Of a stretch of DNA of 64,000 nt, positions 30,724 through 40,252 are shown piece after piece (positions within the stretch are counted from its first letter, which is position 1; every line of letters begins with the position of its first letter). The stretch is from Bacteriovoracaceae bacterium (GTDB lineage: Bacteria; Bdellovibrionota; Bacteriovoracia; Bacteriovoracales; Bacteriovoracaceae), in NCBI GenBank assembly GCA_965217035.1, contig OZ244226.1:1470146-1534145 (forward strand), read 5' to 3'. Below the pieces are notes generated by a model. That model was not told where the DNA came from. It worked only from the letters and a program-made list of their open reading frames with translations, and made no database searches. The translations under genes were made by a program, and so were the position numbers.

Positions 30724-32286
30724 TTAAGAAAAATAAAACTTCAAACGTTCTGGGATAGATTCAGCAAGAAGTGAACCCGATTGGATGTCAGGGTATATCT
30801 GATCATATCTCTTAACAATATTATCATCTCTTCTTCTATAGATTAGTGAACGTTTTAAGTCTGAAACTTCTTTGATTCCTGCGGCACCTAACATTTCAGC
30901 AAAAGCATGAAGAGTATTTGCATGATAAGAATGAACTCTTACAGACTTATCTGTAACATCCAAACCTTCAGCAAGCTCTTTCACCTGGGTAGCAATTCCT
31001 GTTGGACAATTATTGGTGTTACATTCAAGTGCTTGAATGCAACCAAGTGCGAGCATCATTGCTCTTGCAGAATAAACAATATCAGCCCCCAGACTTGTTA
31101 ACTTCACAAGATCAAAAGCCGTCATTACTTTTCCACTAGCAATAATCTTAATATACTTTTTAATATCGAAACCATCCAAGATATCTTTAACAAAAACTAA
31201 ACCATCAATAAGTGGAGTTCCGAGTCTATTTGTAAACTCTAACGGAGCAGCACCGGTACCACCCTCTGCTCCATCAACAGCAATATAATCAGGATAAGTA
31301 TCACTCTCAATCATCTGCTTACAAAGTTCAATGAACTCAGTTTTATTGCCAATACAAAGCTTAATTCCAATTGGTTTACCACCTGAAAGATCTCTCAGTT
31401 TTGCAATAAATTCGCAAAGTTCTTTGTGATTATTAAAAGCTTTATGATTTGGAGGAGAAAGCACTGTTGTCCCTGCTTCAACTCCTCTAATTTCTGCAAT
31501 CTCTGGAGTATTCTTAACTGCAGGTAAAATCCCTCCATGCCCAGGTTTCGCACCTTGAGAAATTTTTATTTCAATCATTTTCACATTAGGAATATTTGCT
31601 CTTTCAGCGAACATTTCTTCATTAAAATTTCCATCTTTATCTCGACATCCAAAATAACCTGTTCCAATCTGCCAGATAAGATCTCCACCATGCTCTAAGT
31701 GAAATGATGATATTCCACCCTCTCCAGTGTTATGAGCAAACTTACCAAGTTGAGCGCCTTTATTAAGTGCCATGATTGCATTCTTACTCAATGATCCATA
31801 ACTCATTGCCGAAATATTAAATAGGCTACAACTATAAGGGTTTTGACATTGATGATTACCAACAAGTATTCGCGGATGCTGATTAATTTCATGATAATTA
31901 AGCGGGTTCATTGAATGATTAATCCATTCATAGCCATCTTCATAAACATCAAGTTGCGTTCCAAAGGGAACTGTATCTCTGGCCTTCTTCGCCCTCTGAT
32001 AAACAACAGATCGACTTATCCGATTAATAGGTCTTCCATCAAGATCGGATTCAACAAAATATTGATAAATTTTGGGCCTCAGTGCTTCAAAGACATAACG
32101 AATACGGCCTAGTAAAGGATAGTTTTTTCTAAGTGTTTGTTTCTTCTGAAAAATATCCCCAACACCGACGATAAAAGAAACTATCGTTATAAGAGCAAAG
32201 ACATATCCTAAAAAACCAAACTTGGTCGTCCAGAGAGAAAGTGGTATAAGTACAAGTGAAAGTAACCAAAATTTTAAGCGCATCAT
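30724..32286 (-). CDS. FMN-binding glutamate synthase family protein (stand-alone, N-terminal TM)
   Basis: SAMSYGSLS, NTGEGG, EIKISQGAKPGHGG, DGAEGGTGAAP, GCIQALECNTNNCPTG. Confidence 0.92.
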   Translation of the reverse strand: MMRLKFWLLSLVLIPLSLWTTKFGFLGYVFALITIVSFIVGVGDIFQKKQTLRKNYPLLGRIRYVFEALRPKIYQYFVESDLDGRPINRISRSVVYQRAKKARDTVPFGTQLDVYEDGYEWINHSMNPLNYHEINQHPRILVGNHQCQNPYSCSLFNISAMSYGSLSKNAIMALNKGAQLGKFAHNTGEGGISSFHLEHGGDLIWQIGTGYFGCRDKDGNFNEEMFAERANIPNVKMIEIKISQGAKPGHGGILPAVKNTPEIAEIRGVEAGTTVLSPPNHKAFNNHKELCEFIAKLRDLSGGKPIGIKLCIGNKTEFIELCKQMIESDTYPDYIAVDGAEGGTGAAPLEFTNRLGTPLIDGLVFVKDILDGFDIKKYIKIIASGKVMTAFDLVKLTSLGADIVYSARAMMLALGCIQALECNTNNCPTGIATQVKELAEGLDVTDKSVRVHSYHANTLHAFAEMLGAAGIKEVSDLKRSLIYRRRDDNIVKRYDQIYPDIQSGSLLAESIPERLKFYFS

Positions 32287-32309
32287 AGATATGCTAAGGG
32301 TAAATCAAG

Positions 32310-32789
32310 ATGAAAACAATTGTGACCAAATATGACTCTCCTATTGGAACCCTCTATATTACTGCTACAGACAAAATAGAAGCTATTTCAGTAAAAAAAC
32401 CCAAGAACTTTGATCAAGAAAAGTCGTCACTCTTAACCAAAAAGATAACAAAGTTTCTTGATCAATATTTTTCAAATAAAAATCCAGATATAAGACAAAT
32501 ATCCTCGATGCTTAATTTTGATCAAGGAACGAGTTTTCAGAAAAAAGTCTGGAAAGAACTTTCTAAAATTTCTTTCGGTGAGTCCAAAACTTATGGAGAA
32601 ATAGCGAAGGCCGTAAAATCCCCAAAAGCATCTCGAGCTGTCGGAGCTGCCGTTGGAAAGAATCCATTCTTAATTTTACTGCCTTGTCATAGAGTATTAG
32701 GGTCAAACAAAGCGATTACTGGATTCAGCGCGGGAATCAATAAAAAAATAAAACTTTTAAATCACGAGAATCTAGATTTTAAGCGATAA
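32310..32789 (+). CDS. ogt: methylated-DNA--protein-cysteine methyltransferase
   Basis: GTSFQKKVW, TYGEIA, ASRAVG, PCHRV. Confidence 0.95.
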   Translation: MKTIVTKYDSPIGTLYITATDKIEAISVKKPKNFDQEKSSLLTKKITKFLDQYFSNKNPDIRQISSMLNFDQGTSFQKKVWKELSKISFGESKTYGEIAKAVKSPKASRAVGAAVGKNPFLILLPCHRVLGSNKAITGFSAGINKKIKLLNHENLDFKR

Positions 32790-33641
32790 TAAAACAGATA
32801 AATTAATATTGCTTTGATTGAGATTTGGGTTTCCTTTATCTGTCGTAGTCGGATAGGACAAGCTTGCGCTATTAAGAGAAGCATATCTATAACCAAGATC
32901 AATTTTTAAATCCATCGTTTTTTGAAACTTGACTATAATTCCTCCACCAAGTCCAAAGTTGAATCCAGAAATATCAAAATCAAAGTTCCCATTTAAAGCA
33001 GAATTACTATCTCCTTCATTGGTTCCAGATAGGTTCATGATTGTATAACCGAAACCACCTCTTCCATAAAATTGTTCATTAAAATAATAGATTAAATCAC
33101 CATTGAACTCTATATATGAAGTATCCCACTCGTCCGTTCCTGTTAAATTCGTTGGATTTCCTCCTCCTGAAAAAGCATAAACAAGACCTAATGAACCGCT
33201 TAACTTCGGAGAAAAGAAAAATTCAAAACCAATGGGAAGAACCATGTGATTATTAAAATCAAACTTTGAGTCATCTTCAAATTCAAGTTCGCCCAAAAGA
33301 TAAAAACCAAGTCCACCGTAAATGGTCATTTCAGTTCTGTAATTCTTATTTTTTCTTTTTTGGTGACGAGACCTTTTTGCTTTTCTTCTTAATTGAACTT
33401 GATATCCAACTTTAACTGTTCCATTAACAATTTTTCCAACAGCTATATTTTTTTTAGTTTTTAATACTTCAATAGAAGCCGCATCTGTTCCGCTTGATAA
33501 AACAATAAGCTCTTCACCAACTTTTACTGAATAGCCAGACTTTTTAAAATAAACTTTACTCCCTTTCACCTTCATCACACGTTGTGCACTCACAATATTA
33601 ATGAGACTCAAAAGGAAAAGAAGTAGAACTAATGCTTTCAT
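32772..33641 (-). CDS. outer-membrane beta-barrel protein with basic N-terminal domain
   Basis: Signal peptide; alternating aromatic/Gly beta strands in the C-terminal half. Confidence 0.65.
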   Translation of the reverse strand: MKALVLLLFLLSLINIVSAQRVMKVKGSKVYFKKSGYSVKVGEELIVLSSGTDAASIEVLKTKKNIAVGKIVNGTVKVGYQVQLRRKAKRSRHQKRKNKNYRTEMTIYGGLGFYLLGELEFEDDSKFDFNNHMVLPIGFEFFFSPKLSGSLGLVYAFSGGGNPTNLTGTDEWDTSYIEFNGDLIYYFNEQFYGRGGFGYTIMNLSGTNEGDSNSALNGNFDFDISGFNFGLGGGIIVKFQKTMDLKIDLGYRYASLNSASLSYPTTTDKGNPNLNQSNINLSVLLSLKI

Positions 33642-33693
33642 ACTTTAAGTATATCAATAAGTTAGAGAATAAATAGATTCAAAAAAACAATTT

Positions 33694-34380
33694 TCATTTA
33701 ACAAGTTCAGGTAATTGCCACTCGATTGGATCTATACCCTTAGAACTCAGGAACTCATTAGCCTTCGAAAAATGACGACAGCCAAGAAAACCTCTGTGAG
33801 CGGATAACGGGGAAGGGTGAACAGACTTTAAAACAAAATGTTTGTTTTGATCAATTATTGAGCCTTTTTTTTGGGCAGGTGAGCCCCATAAGAAAAAAAC
33901 CAAATTTTCTTTTTTAGAGTTTAACACTCTGATAACTTCATCGGTAAATTGCTCCCATCCTTTTCCTCGATGAGAACCTGCTTGCGCACGCTCTACTGTC
34001 AGAACTGTATTGAGCAAAAGTACGCCTTGTTCAGCCCAACTAAGAAGATAACCATGACTTGGGGCCTTAAACCCTATGTCGGCTTGAAGCTCCTTGTAAA
34101 TATTCTTCAAAGACGGGGGTGGTTTAATTCCTGGCTTCACTGAAAAACACATTCCATGAGCTTGGCTTGGTCCATGATAGGGATCTTGCCCAATTATAAC
34201 AGCCTTTACATTATCAAAACTTGTCTCATTAAAGGCAGAAAAAATATTGTTACCATTTGGATAAATCACCTTACCTTTCTCAGCTTCCTGAATTAGAAAT
34301 TTTTTTAAGTTGAGCATATAAGTCTTATTAAACTCACTTCCTATTTGATTTTTCCAAGATTCTTCAATTTTAAGGCCCAT
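33694..34380 (-). CDS. ung: uracil-DNA glycosylase
   Basis: GQDPYH, PPSLKNI, GVLLLN, HPSPLS. Confidence 0.97.
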   Translation of the reverse strand: MGLKIEESWKNQIGSEFNKTYMLNLKKFLIQEAEKGKVIYPNGNNIFSAFNETSFDNVKAVIIGQDPYHGPSQAHGMCFSVKPGIKPPPSLKNIYKELQADIGFKAPSHGYLLSWAEQGVLLLNTVLTVERAQAGSHRGKGWEQFTDEVIRVLNSKKENLVFFLWGSPAQKKGSIIDQNKHFVLKSVHPSPLSAHRGFLGCRHFSKANEFLSSKGIDPIEWQLPELVK

Positions 34381-34430
34381 AATATCCTTGCTCAGTAGAG
34401 GGAAATTAAAATTACTATTAAAATAGTACT

Positions 34431-35171
34431 GTGAGAAATTTAAGTAAAAACTTTAATTATCGTCAAGATTACTACTATGCGCAGTATCTTCATTTCTTCT
34501 TAATTGGGATATTTAACCTCAATTTGCTACTTGAATTTTTTTATAGCTCAATGTCTATTTACAAATTTGGAGCTTACCTTATTGGAAATTTCTTTTTCTT
34601 TAAGTTTTATTACGAAGCTTTTTCCAATCTTCTTTATACTTTCTGGGGACTTACTCTGTTTCTTATTCCTAATCTTCTCGTGTTTTTCTTTGAATCTTTA
34701 TCTGCTCAAGCATATTCCTTTCATGGATCAATGACCTTTTTAATGCTTATTGTTCATGGAATTATTATCTACCTTGCCTCTTCTCCTGTTTATTATCCGA
34801 AAGTTTCTTGGTGGGAATTTGATTATCGATACCGTTCAGAAATTAAAATAAACACTAAATTTTCTGAAGAGGAACATGAAGCACGCCTCAATGATATAAG
34901 AAGAGGAGGAGGAAGTATTTCTTCTTTCGAAGCTTTCCCTCTTGGTTCAATTATTGAACTCGATTTTGATTTCCGTTTTGAAAAGTATAATTTCCAAGTC
35001 ATTGTAGGATCTTGCTCTCGATCAATTCCTGGTAGACCTTATTCTTATGGAGTGAAGTTTGCTTTAGATAGTGAAGAAGACAAAAAAGCTTATAAGTTAC
35101 TCTTGCTCAATTGGAAGACTCGATCTAAGGTCAAGCTCGACGAAAAATTTCAAAAGGATAAATCAGCTTGA
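34431..35171 (+). CDS. membrane protein with C-terminal degenerate PilZ-like domain
   Basis: About 4 TM helices, then [22 protein letters not shown]. Confidence 0.65.
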   Translation: MRNLSKNFNYRQDYYYAQYLHFFLIGIFNLNLLLEFFYSSMSIYKFGAYLIGNFFFFKFYYEAFSNLLYTFWGLTLFLIPNLLVFFFESLSAQAYSFHGSMTFLMLIVHGIIIYLASSPVYYPKVSWWEFDYRYRSEIKINTKFSEEEHEARLNDIRRGGGSISSFEAFPLGSIIELDFDFRFEKYNFQVIVGSCSRSIPGRPYSYGVKFALDSEEDKKAYKLLLLNWKTRSKVKLDEKFQKDKSA

Positions 35172-35647
35172 ACATTCAAGACATTAATTGGTTAATGGGA
35201 ACTGCCTTACTCGAAGCTGAAAAAGCCTATAATTTAGGTGAAGTTCCAGTAGGTGCTGTTGTGATAGATTCAATTGGATCAATCGTCTCAACTGCACATA
35301 ACTTAAAAGAAAAAAACAAGGATGCTTCTGCTCATGCAGAAATTCTAGCCTTAAGAGCGGCAGCCGAGAAAATTAAAAACTGGCGACTGAATGAACATAC
35401 TTTAATTGTAACTCTTGAGCCATGCCCAATGTGCATGGCTGCAATGAATAGTTTTCGAATTAAAAAGCTAATTTTTGGAGCCTATGATTCAAAAGGTGGG
35501 GCCCTCTCTTTAGGCTATAATTCTCATAAAGATTCTCGATTGAATCATAGCTTTGAAGTGACAGGCGGTATTATGCATTATGAATGCTCTAATATGCTTT
35601 CACAGTTCTTCAAAGAACGAAGAGAGCAATATCAAAACATCAACTAG
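35168..35647 (+). CDS. tadA: tRNA adenosine(34) deaminase
   Basis: EVPVGAV, AHAEILALR, TLEPCPMC, FFKERR. Confidence 0.93.
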   Translation: MNIQDINWLMGTALLEAEKAYNLGEVPVGAVVIDSIGSIVSTAHNLKEKNKDASAHAEILALRAAAEKIKNWRLNEHTLIVTLEPCPMCMAAMNSFRIKKLIFGAYDSKGGALSLGYNSHKDSRLNHSFEVTGGIMHYECSNMLSQFFKERREQYQNIN

Positions 35648-35830
35648 ACTAAACCTGTTATTTTCGTTAAAAATATTCCTCACCAATCGTTTTAAGCTAT
35701 GAAAATATGATTCAAAATTGTATTTTTACAAGGAAGTTAAAAGCGAGAGACCGAGATGTAGTCTTTCTACCTCGCAGGTCATGAGTTTGTAGACTGACGA
35801 AGCTAAAAATGCAATTTGGGATTATATTTA

Positions 35831-35918
35831 GGAGAACTGACCGAGTGGCTGAAGGTGCACGCTTGGAAAGCGTGTGTGCGGCAACGTACCGGGGGTTCGA
35901 ATCCCCCGTTCTCCGCCA
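35831..35918 (+). tRNA. tRNA-Ser(GGA)
   Basis: GGAGAAC/GTTCTCC acceptor stem, CACGC-tt-GGA-aa-GCGTG, long variable arm, GTTCGAATC, encoded CCA. Confidence 0.97.
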
Positions 35919-36126
35919 TATATCAAATTTTGCGAACCAATTTTTGACCAAAGAATAAAAGAGACCAGCATTCCTCTTTGCTCCCTTATCCCTCTTCAAA
36001 TACTTTACCTTTATGCAATGATCTTTATTTTGATTTTTGGATCATATAGATTCTTAAAAAAGAACTGTTTGCTTTGAATTCTTTTATTTCATAAAATGTA
36101 TAATATGTATTTTGAAGGATTAAAAA

Positions 36127-36303
36127 ATGAAAATTTTAACTTTATTTCTCAGTATAATTATTAGTGGCGTATTATTTTCAAAATATCCTGTAAAAAGACT
36201 AGAGGCATTTGAAGCAGTAAGTGACAAATTCTTAAAAGTAGATAAAAAGGTCTTGCAAGCTGCTTTAACAAAAAAGAAGAAAAATAAAACCGAGGATAAA
36301 TAA
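36127..36303 (+). CDS. small (58 aa) basic membrane/secreted protein, not in the ORF track
   Basis: GAAGGA RBS, MKILTLFLSIIISGVLFSK..., TAATG coupling to the next gene. Confidence 0.5.
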   Translation: MKILTLFLSIIISGVLFSKYPVKRLEAFEAVSDKFLKVDKKVLQAALTKKKKNKTEDK

Positions 36304-36782
36304 TGCGTAACTTATCAATTCTTATAACTTTTTCTGTTCTTTTTGTATCTTGCTCGCTTATGAAAGCTCATTTTACAGATGATGAATATATTGAAAACTC
36401 TAGAGTTAAAAATAGTTCTTTTAGCGTTAAAGGAAAATTTAGTTCGATTGCAACAAAAGTACTTAAGGCTGCTAAAAATTGCTATAATGGCAAATATGCT
36501 ATCACAGACTATCAGTCAGGGGGAGCTGGAGGAACGACAAATCATGTATTTACGGTCGAAATGGTTAAAAATACTTCTTCATTAAAGAGAATATCAATAC
36601 GCCAAAAAATGTACACAAGCATGCATGATTATAATTATCCGGTGGCAGTTATTGAAATTTCTCAAAAGCGATCGAATACACTAGCAAAAGTTTATTATGG
36701 AGAAGAAAAGTTATTCAAGGCAATAAAGCTTTGGGCCAATGGGAAAAAATCGACATGTCCTAAAAAGTTTGGAATAAGGTAG
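36303..36782 (+). CDS. hypothetical lipoprotein
   Basis: LFVSC lipobox, GAGG RBS, additional Cys pair. Confidence 0.7.
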   Translation: MRNLSILITFSVLFVSCSLMKAHFTDDEYIENSRVKNSSFSVKGKFSSIATKVLKAAKNCYNGKYAITDYQSGGAGGTTNHVFTVEMVKNTSSLKRISIRQKMYTSMHDYNYPVAVIEISQKRSNTLAKVYYGEEKLFKAIKLWANGKKSTCPKKFGIR

Positions 36783-36829
36783 TATAAATCCAAACTATCA
36801 GAACAAGGAAAAACAATAGACCTTAAGGT

Positions 36830-37405
36830 TTAATCAATATAGATAGAATATTTTCCGACGCCAGCCCCAGAAATTCCTTCTTCCATAAATTGGCTAATAT
36901 AATCTGCTTCCAGTTTTTTGGTCCTCGCAAACTTAGGATTTGAAGTAACCATGAAAAGATAGGGTCTTTTCTTTTTGAAGCGATAAACCATTTCAACAGT
37001 ATATTTTGGACCAGAAACCAGATTACCTTGTTTGATTACTCCTTGCGTTTCTACTTTAACTATTTTTCCTTTTTTTCCATCAATTAAAATCACTTGAGGA
37101 ATAAAAAGAACATTACCCTCAGAAGGATGAGAATAAACAGTTAAACGTCTATTTCCAGAAACACCTGGTAAGTAACTATAGAGATGAATGTATTGACCTT
37201 TAATTGTTTTAGATTTTTTTATTGTTAAACGGTCTGAAATGCCCTCTCTAATCTCAGCCACCTCAGCATCAGCACCAGAAAAAAGCTGATAGGCCTTCAC
37301 ACTCTTTAAATACTTTTTAAGCGATTTATAATGTCTACCGCTAGAATCATGATTGATATTAGTGACAGAGCAAGATAAAAAAAGAAAAAAACTCAGAACT
37401 CTCAT
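36830..37405 (-). CDS. hypothetical lipoprotein
   Basis: FLSCS lipobox-like signal, 191-aa ORF. Confidence 0.65.
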   Translation of the reverse strand: MRVLSFFLFLSCSVTNINHDSSGRHYKSLKKYLKSVKAYQLFSGADAEVAEIREGISDRLTIKKSKTIKGQYIHLYSYLPGVSGNRRLTVYSHPSEGNVLFIPQVILIDGKKGKIVKVETQGVIKQGNLVSGPKYTVEMVYRFKKKRPYLFMVTSNPKFARTKKLEADYISQFMEEGISGAGVGKYSIYID

Positions 37406-37520
37406 ACCTCAATTCTAACTCTAATCTTAATTTTTTCAATGTTTTACCTTTGTTCATTGGCTTTTTTATAGGCTGTAACCCTTATGTGATAAAATACGAA
37501 TATTTGAGTATGGAGGATAT

Positions 37521-38558
37521 ATGCTTAAATACATCTATTTACTCTTTCTCTTCTCTTCCCCTGCTTTCTCAAAAATAGAGAAGGCGACCTTTGCTGGAGG
37601 CTGTTTTTGGTGCATGGAACCTCCTTTCGAAAAACTTGAAGGAGTTAGGTCAGTTATTTCAGGCTATGCGGGAGGAAAGATAGAGAATCCTAAGTATGAA
37701 CAAGTTGCATACGGAAAAACAAAACATCTTGAATCTGTTCAAGTCACTTTTGATTCTAAAATTATCTCTTATAAAAAAATATTACAAGTCTTTTGGAGAA
37801 ATATAGATCCAACGGATAATGGAGGACAATTTGTAGATAGGGGATACCAATATACAACGGCGATCTTCTATCATAATGAAAAACAAAAAGAGATTGCTAA
37901 TCGCTCCAAAGCTTTCCTTAAGAAACAGAAGTATTTCAAAAAATCAATCGTTACCCCTATTCGAAAATTTACAATCTTTTATCCTGCCGAAGAATATCAT
38001 CAAGATTTTTATAAAAAGAATCCTGCATCAATTAAAAGATACAAATCCTATCGAAAAGGCTCTGGCAGAGATCAATTCATCAATAAATATTGGAAAGGAA
38101 AAAACTTAGATTATTCAACAAAATACTCACGACCGTCTGATGAAATGATCAAAAAGAAATTAACAGATCTTCAATATAAAGTTACTCAAGAAGATGGAAC
38201 TGAAAGACCTTTTAAAAACGAATATTGGAACAATAAGGCTGAAGGAATTTATGTGGATATCGTAAGCGGGGAACCACTCTTTAGCTCAAAGGATAAGTTT
38301 AAATCTGGAACTGGCTGGCCGTCATTCACTCGTCCATTAGTAAAAGAACATGTTTATGAGAAAAAAGATAATTCTATGTTTATGAAAAGAGTTGAAGTGA
38401 GATCGAAATATGCAAATTCTCATCTTGGTCATGTTTTTGAAGATGGCCCACCACCAACAAAGCTAAGGTATTGTATCAATTCAGCATCATTAAGATTCAT
38501 TGCTAAAAAAGATTTAAAAAAAGAAGGCTATGAGGAGTTTTTAAAAATTTTTAATTAA
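37521..38558 (+). CDS. msrAB: exported peptide-methionine sulfoxide reductase MsrA/MsrB fusion
   Basis: Signal peptide, [39 protein letters not shown]. Confidence 0.95.
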   Translation: MLKYIYLLFLFSSPAFSKIEKATFAGGCFWCMEPPFEKLEGVRSVISGYAGGKIENPKYEQVAYGKTKHLESVQVTFDSKIISYKKILQVFWRNIDPTDNGGQFVDRGYQYTTAIFYHNEKQKEIANRSKAFLKKQKYFKKSIVTPIRKFTIFYPAEEYHQDFYKKNPASIKRYKSYRKGSGRDQFINKYWKGKNLDYSTKYSRPSDEMIKKKLTDLQYKVTQEDGTERPFKNEYWNNKAEGIYVDIVSGEPLFSSKDKFKSGTGWPSFTRPLVKEHVYEKKDNSMFMKRVEVRSKYANSHLGHVFEDGPPPTKLRYCINSASLRFIAKKDLKKEGYEEFLKIFN

Positions 38559-39070
38559 AAACCAAGATTTACTCCACCTTGAACTTTATAAGGTTCTCTT
38601 GTTAAAGAGGTATCTGGGTCATGCATAAGATCGTAAAGAAACTCGACAGAAAAACCTAAACCTCCTTTTCCAATTCTATAACCACCTCCAGCCCACCAAG
38701 CGGGTAGAGTTTCTTCTCGAGCAGTACCTGTCTCGCTTGTTTGATACTCAAGGTGCTCATATTGAGTCTTGAGATATAAAGTGCTTCCTAAACTATAAAG
38801 AGCAAAAGCTTTGGGTCCAATAATTGTTTCTTTAACTTCAGGAGTGAATCTTTTGTCTGTTGATTCTATATAGGTAAGACCGCCACCTATACCTAAATTA
38901 CCAAGCTTTATTCCAATTCCAGGAGACAAGTTAATTGTTTGAACATCTCCAAAACTAAAGCCTACTTCTCCATTAAAAAAAATTGGTGAACCAGAAGAAC
39001 TTGATGGTGGATTAAAATTTTGTCCAAAGATATTACCCGACAAAATCAGTAAGATGATTAGTGTTTTCAT
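38555..39070 (-). CDS. small outer-membrane beta-barrel protein
   Basis: Signal peptide, amphipathic strands, terminal Phe (VNLGF). Confidence 0.7.
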   Translation of the reverse strand: MKTLIILLILSGNIFGQNFNPPSSSSGSPIFFNGEVGFSFGDVQTINLSPGIGIKLGNLGIGGGLTYIESTDKRFTPEVKETIIGPKAFALYSLGSTLYLKTQYEHLEYQTSETGTAREETLPAWWAGGGYRIGKGGLGFSVEFLYDLMHDPDTSLTREPYKVQGGVNLGF

Positions 39071-39157
39071 ATTAAGACTGTATTAAATCATCTTACTCTT
39101 TATCAAGTTAGTTATTGTAATTTGACAGAAACTAACGTCAACTAGCATCGTAAAGAT

Positions 39158-39901
39158 ATGAAACATTTATTGCTTATTGTTTTTCTTCTAAGTTGTTCAA
39201 CTCTTGATGCTAGTACACCTAAAATCCTAAATCGAAGTTTTAGAAAAGAAATGCAAAGAAAACTAAAACGAAACCACAAACCACTTAGTTATAAAGAAGC
39301 AAGAAAAAAACTTTTTGGTCATATTCATTTAGAAGGAACCAACCCTGGTAACTTTGTTGTTCGAGATATTTATTGCACAAATGATTATACAACGACTGAC
39401 TTTCCTAGAGATAAAACAATTGGTCCTAATAGAATTCCTGATCACAGAGTTATAAATACGGAACATGTTTGGCCGCAAAGTCGATTTAATACAGGGGGAC
39501 CAGCAGGAGAAAAAGAGTACAAAGTCTCTGATCTTCATATTCTTTATCCAAGTAGTTCACGCATGAATTCAGCAAGGCTAAATCATGCCTATGGAGAGCC
39601 AACAACTGACATAAAGAAATATAGATGCTCTAGTGCTAAAAAAGGTAAATTTCGCGGAGTGACAGTTTTTGAACCCCCAAGAGAGTCAAAAGGCAATGTA
39701 GCCCGTGCTATGTTTTACTTTGCAGTTCGCTACAATATGAAAATCAACAATAATATGGAAAAATTTCTAAGAAGGTGGCATAGGGAAGACCCTGTTGATC
39801 GGCTTGAAAAACGCCGAAGCCAGCTTATTAAGCGCTACCAAGGGAATAGCAACCCTTTCATAGAAAATCCCAGACTCATCACAAAAATTAAAGATTTTTA
39901 A
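39158..39901 (+). CDS. endonuclease I-family (EndA/Bsn-like) secreted nuclease
   Basis: NTEHVWPQS, SDLHILYP, NSARLN, KGNVARAMFYF, YQGNSNPF. Confidence 0.88.
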   Translation: MKHLLLIVFLLSCSTLDASTPKILNRSFRKEMQRKLKRNHKPLSYKEARKKLFGHIHLEGTNPGNFVVRDIYCTNDYTTTDFPRDKTIGPNRIPDHRVINTEHVWPQSRFNTGGPAGEKEYKVSDLHILYPSSSRMNSARLNHAYGEPTTDIKKYRCSSAKKGKFRGVTVFEPPRESKGNVARAMFYFAVRYNMKINNNMEKFLRRWHREDPVDRLEKRRSQLIKRYQGNSNPFIENPRLITKIKDF

Positions 39902-39904
39902 TTT

Positions 39905-39933
39905 TTGACGATCTCGGCATCCTGCGCTATCAA
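39905..39933 (+). promoter_or_regulatory. possible sigma70 promoter of tRNA-Arg
   Basis: TTGACG-N17-TATCAA. Confidence 0.4.
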
Positions 39934-39950
39934 ATATATCTAATCGAAAT

Positions 39951-40027
39951 GCAACCGTAGCTTAGCTGGATAGAGCACCTGACTACGAATCAGGAGGTCG
40001 CACGTTCGAATCGTGCCGGTTGCGCCA
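39951..40027 (+). tRNA. tRNA-Arg(ACG)
   Basis: GCAACCG/CGGTTGC acceptor stem, CCTGA-ct-ACG-aa-TCAGG, GTTCGAATC, encoded CCA. Confidence 0.97.
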
Positions 40028-40245
40028 TTTCGATCATTCGAAAAGAGCTTTCTAAACGAGACTCTAACGGAAACCTCGATATTAGAAAATGAGTTCGATC
40101 TACCAAAAAAGATGATCATGATCTTGAAGAATCATTTGAAGTTGATTCCATTATAGGAGCAATGAATACAGCTATTACAACACTTCTTTATGCCTTTGAT
40201 ACAGAAAAACATGTAAAGAAGTTTTTTGAGTCTCAAGATAATTAA
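40028..40245 (+). pseudogene. headless gene remnant abutting tRNA-Arg 3' end
   Basis: One frame reads SIIRKELSKRDSNGNLDIRK*VRSTKKDDHDLEESFEVDSIIGAMNTAITTLLYAFDTEKHVKKFFESQDN*. Confidence 0.4.
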
Positions 40246-40252
40246 CAGTTTA

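Noticed and set aside
34431..35171. Membrane PilZ protein as a c-di-GMP regulator of tadA
   Set aside because: RxxxR and DxSxxG are degenerate (DYRYR, DIRRGG), and the overlap alone does not imply function.
35743..35800. GC-richer imperfect hairpin with GTAG and CTGACGA upstream of tRNA-Ser (REP- or hammerhead-like)
   Set aside because: Single copy in the window, with no GAAA core or closing stems for a hammerhead. An Infernal/Rfam scan would be needed.
35712..36077. ORFs 35712..35999(-) and 35874..36077(+)
   Set aside because: Both overlap tRNA-Ser(GGA) and are translation artefacts.
11891..40245. Stop-codon reassignment suggested by in-frame stops at 12098 and 40090
   Set aside because: Conserved genes end normally at TAA, TAG and TGA and have no internal stops.
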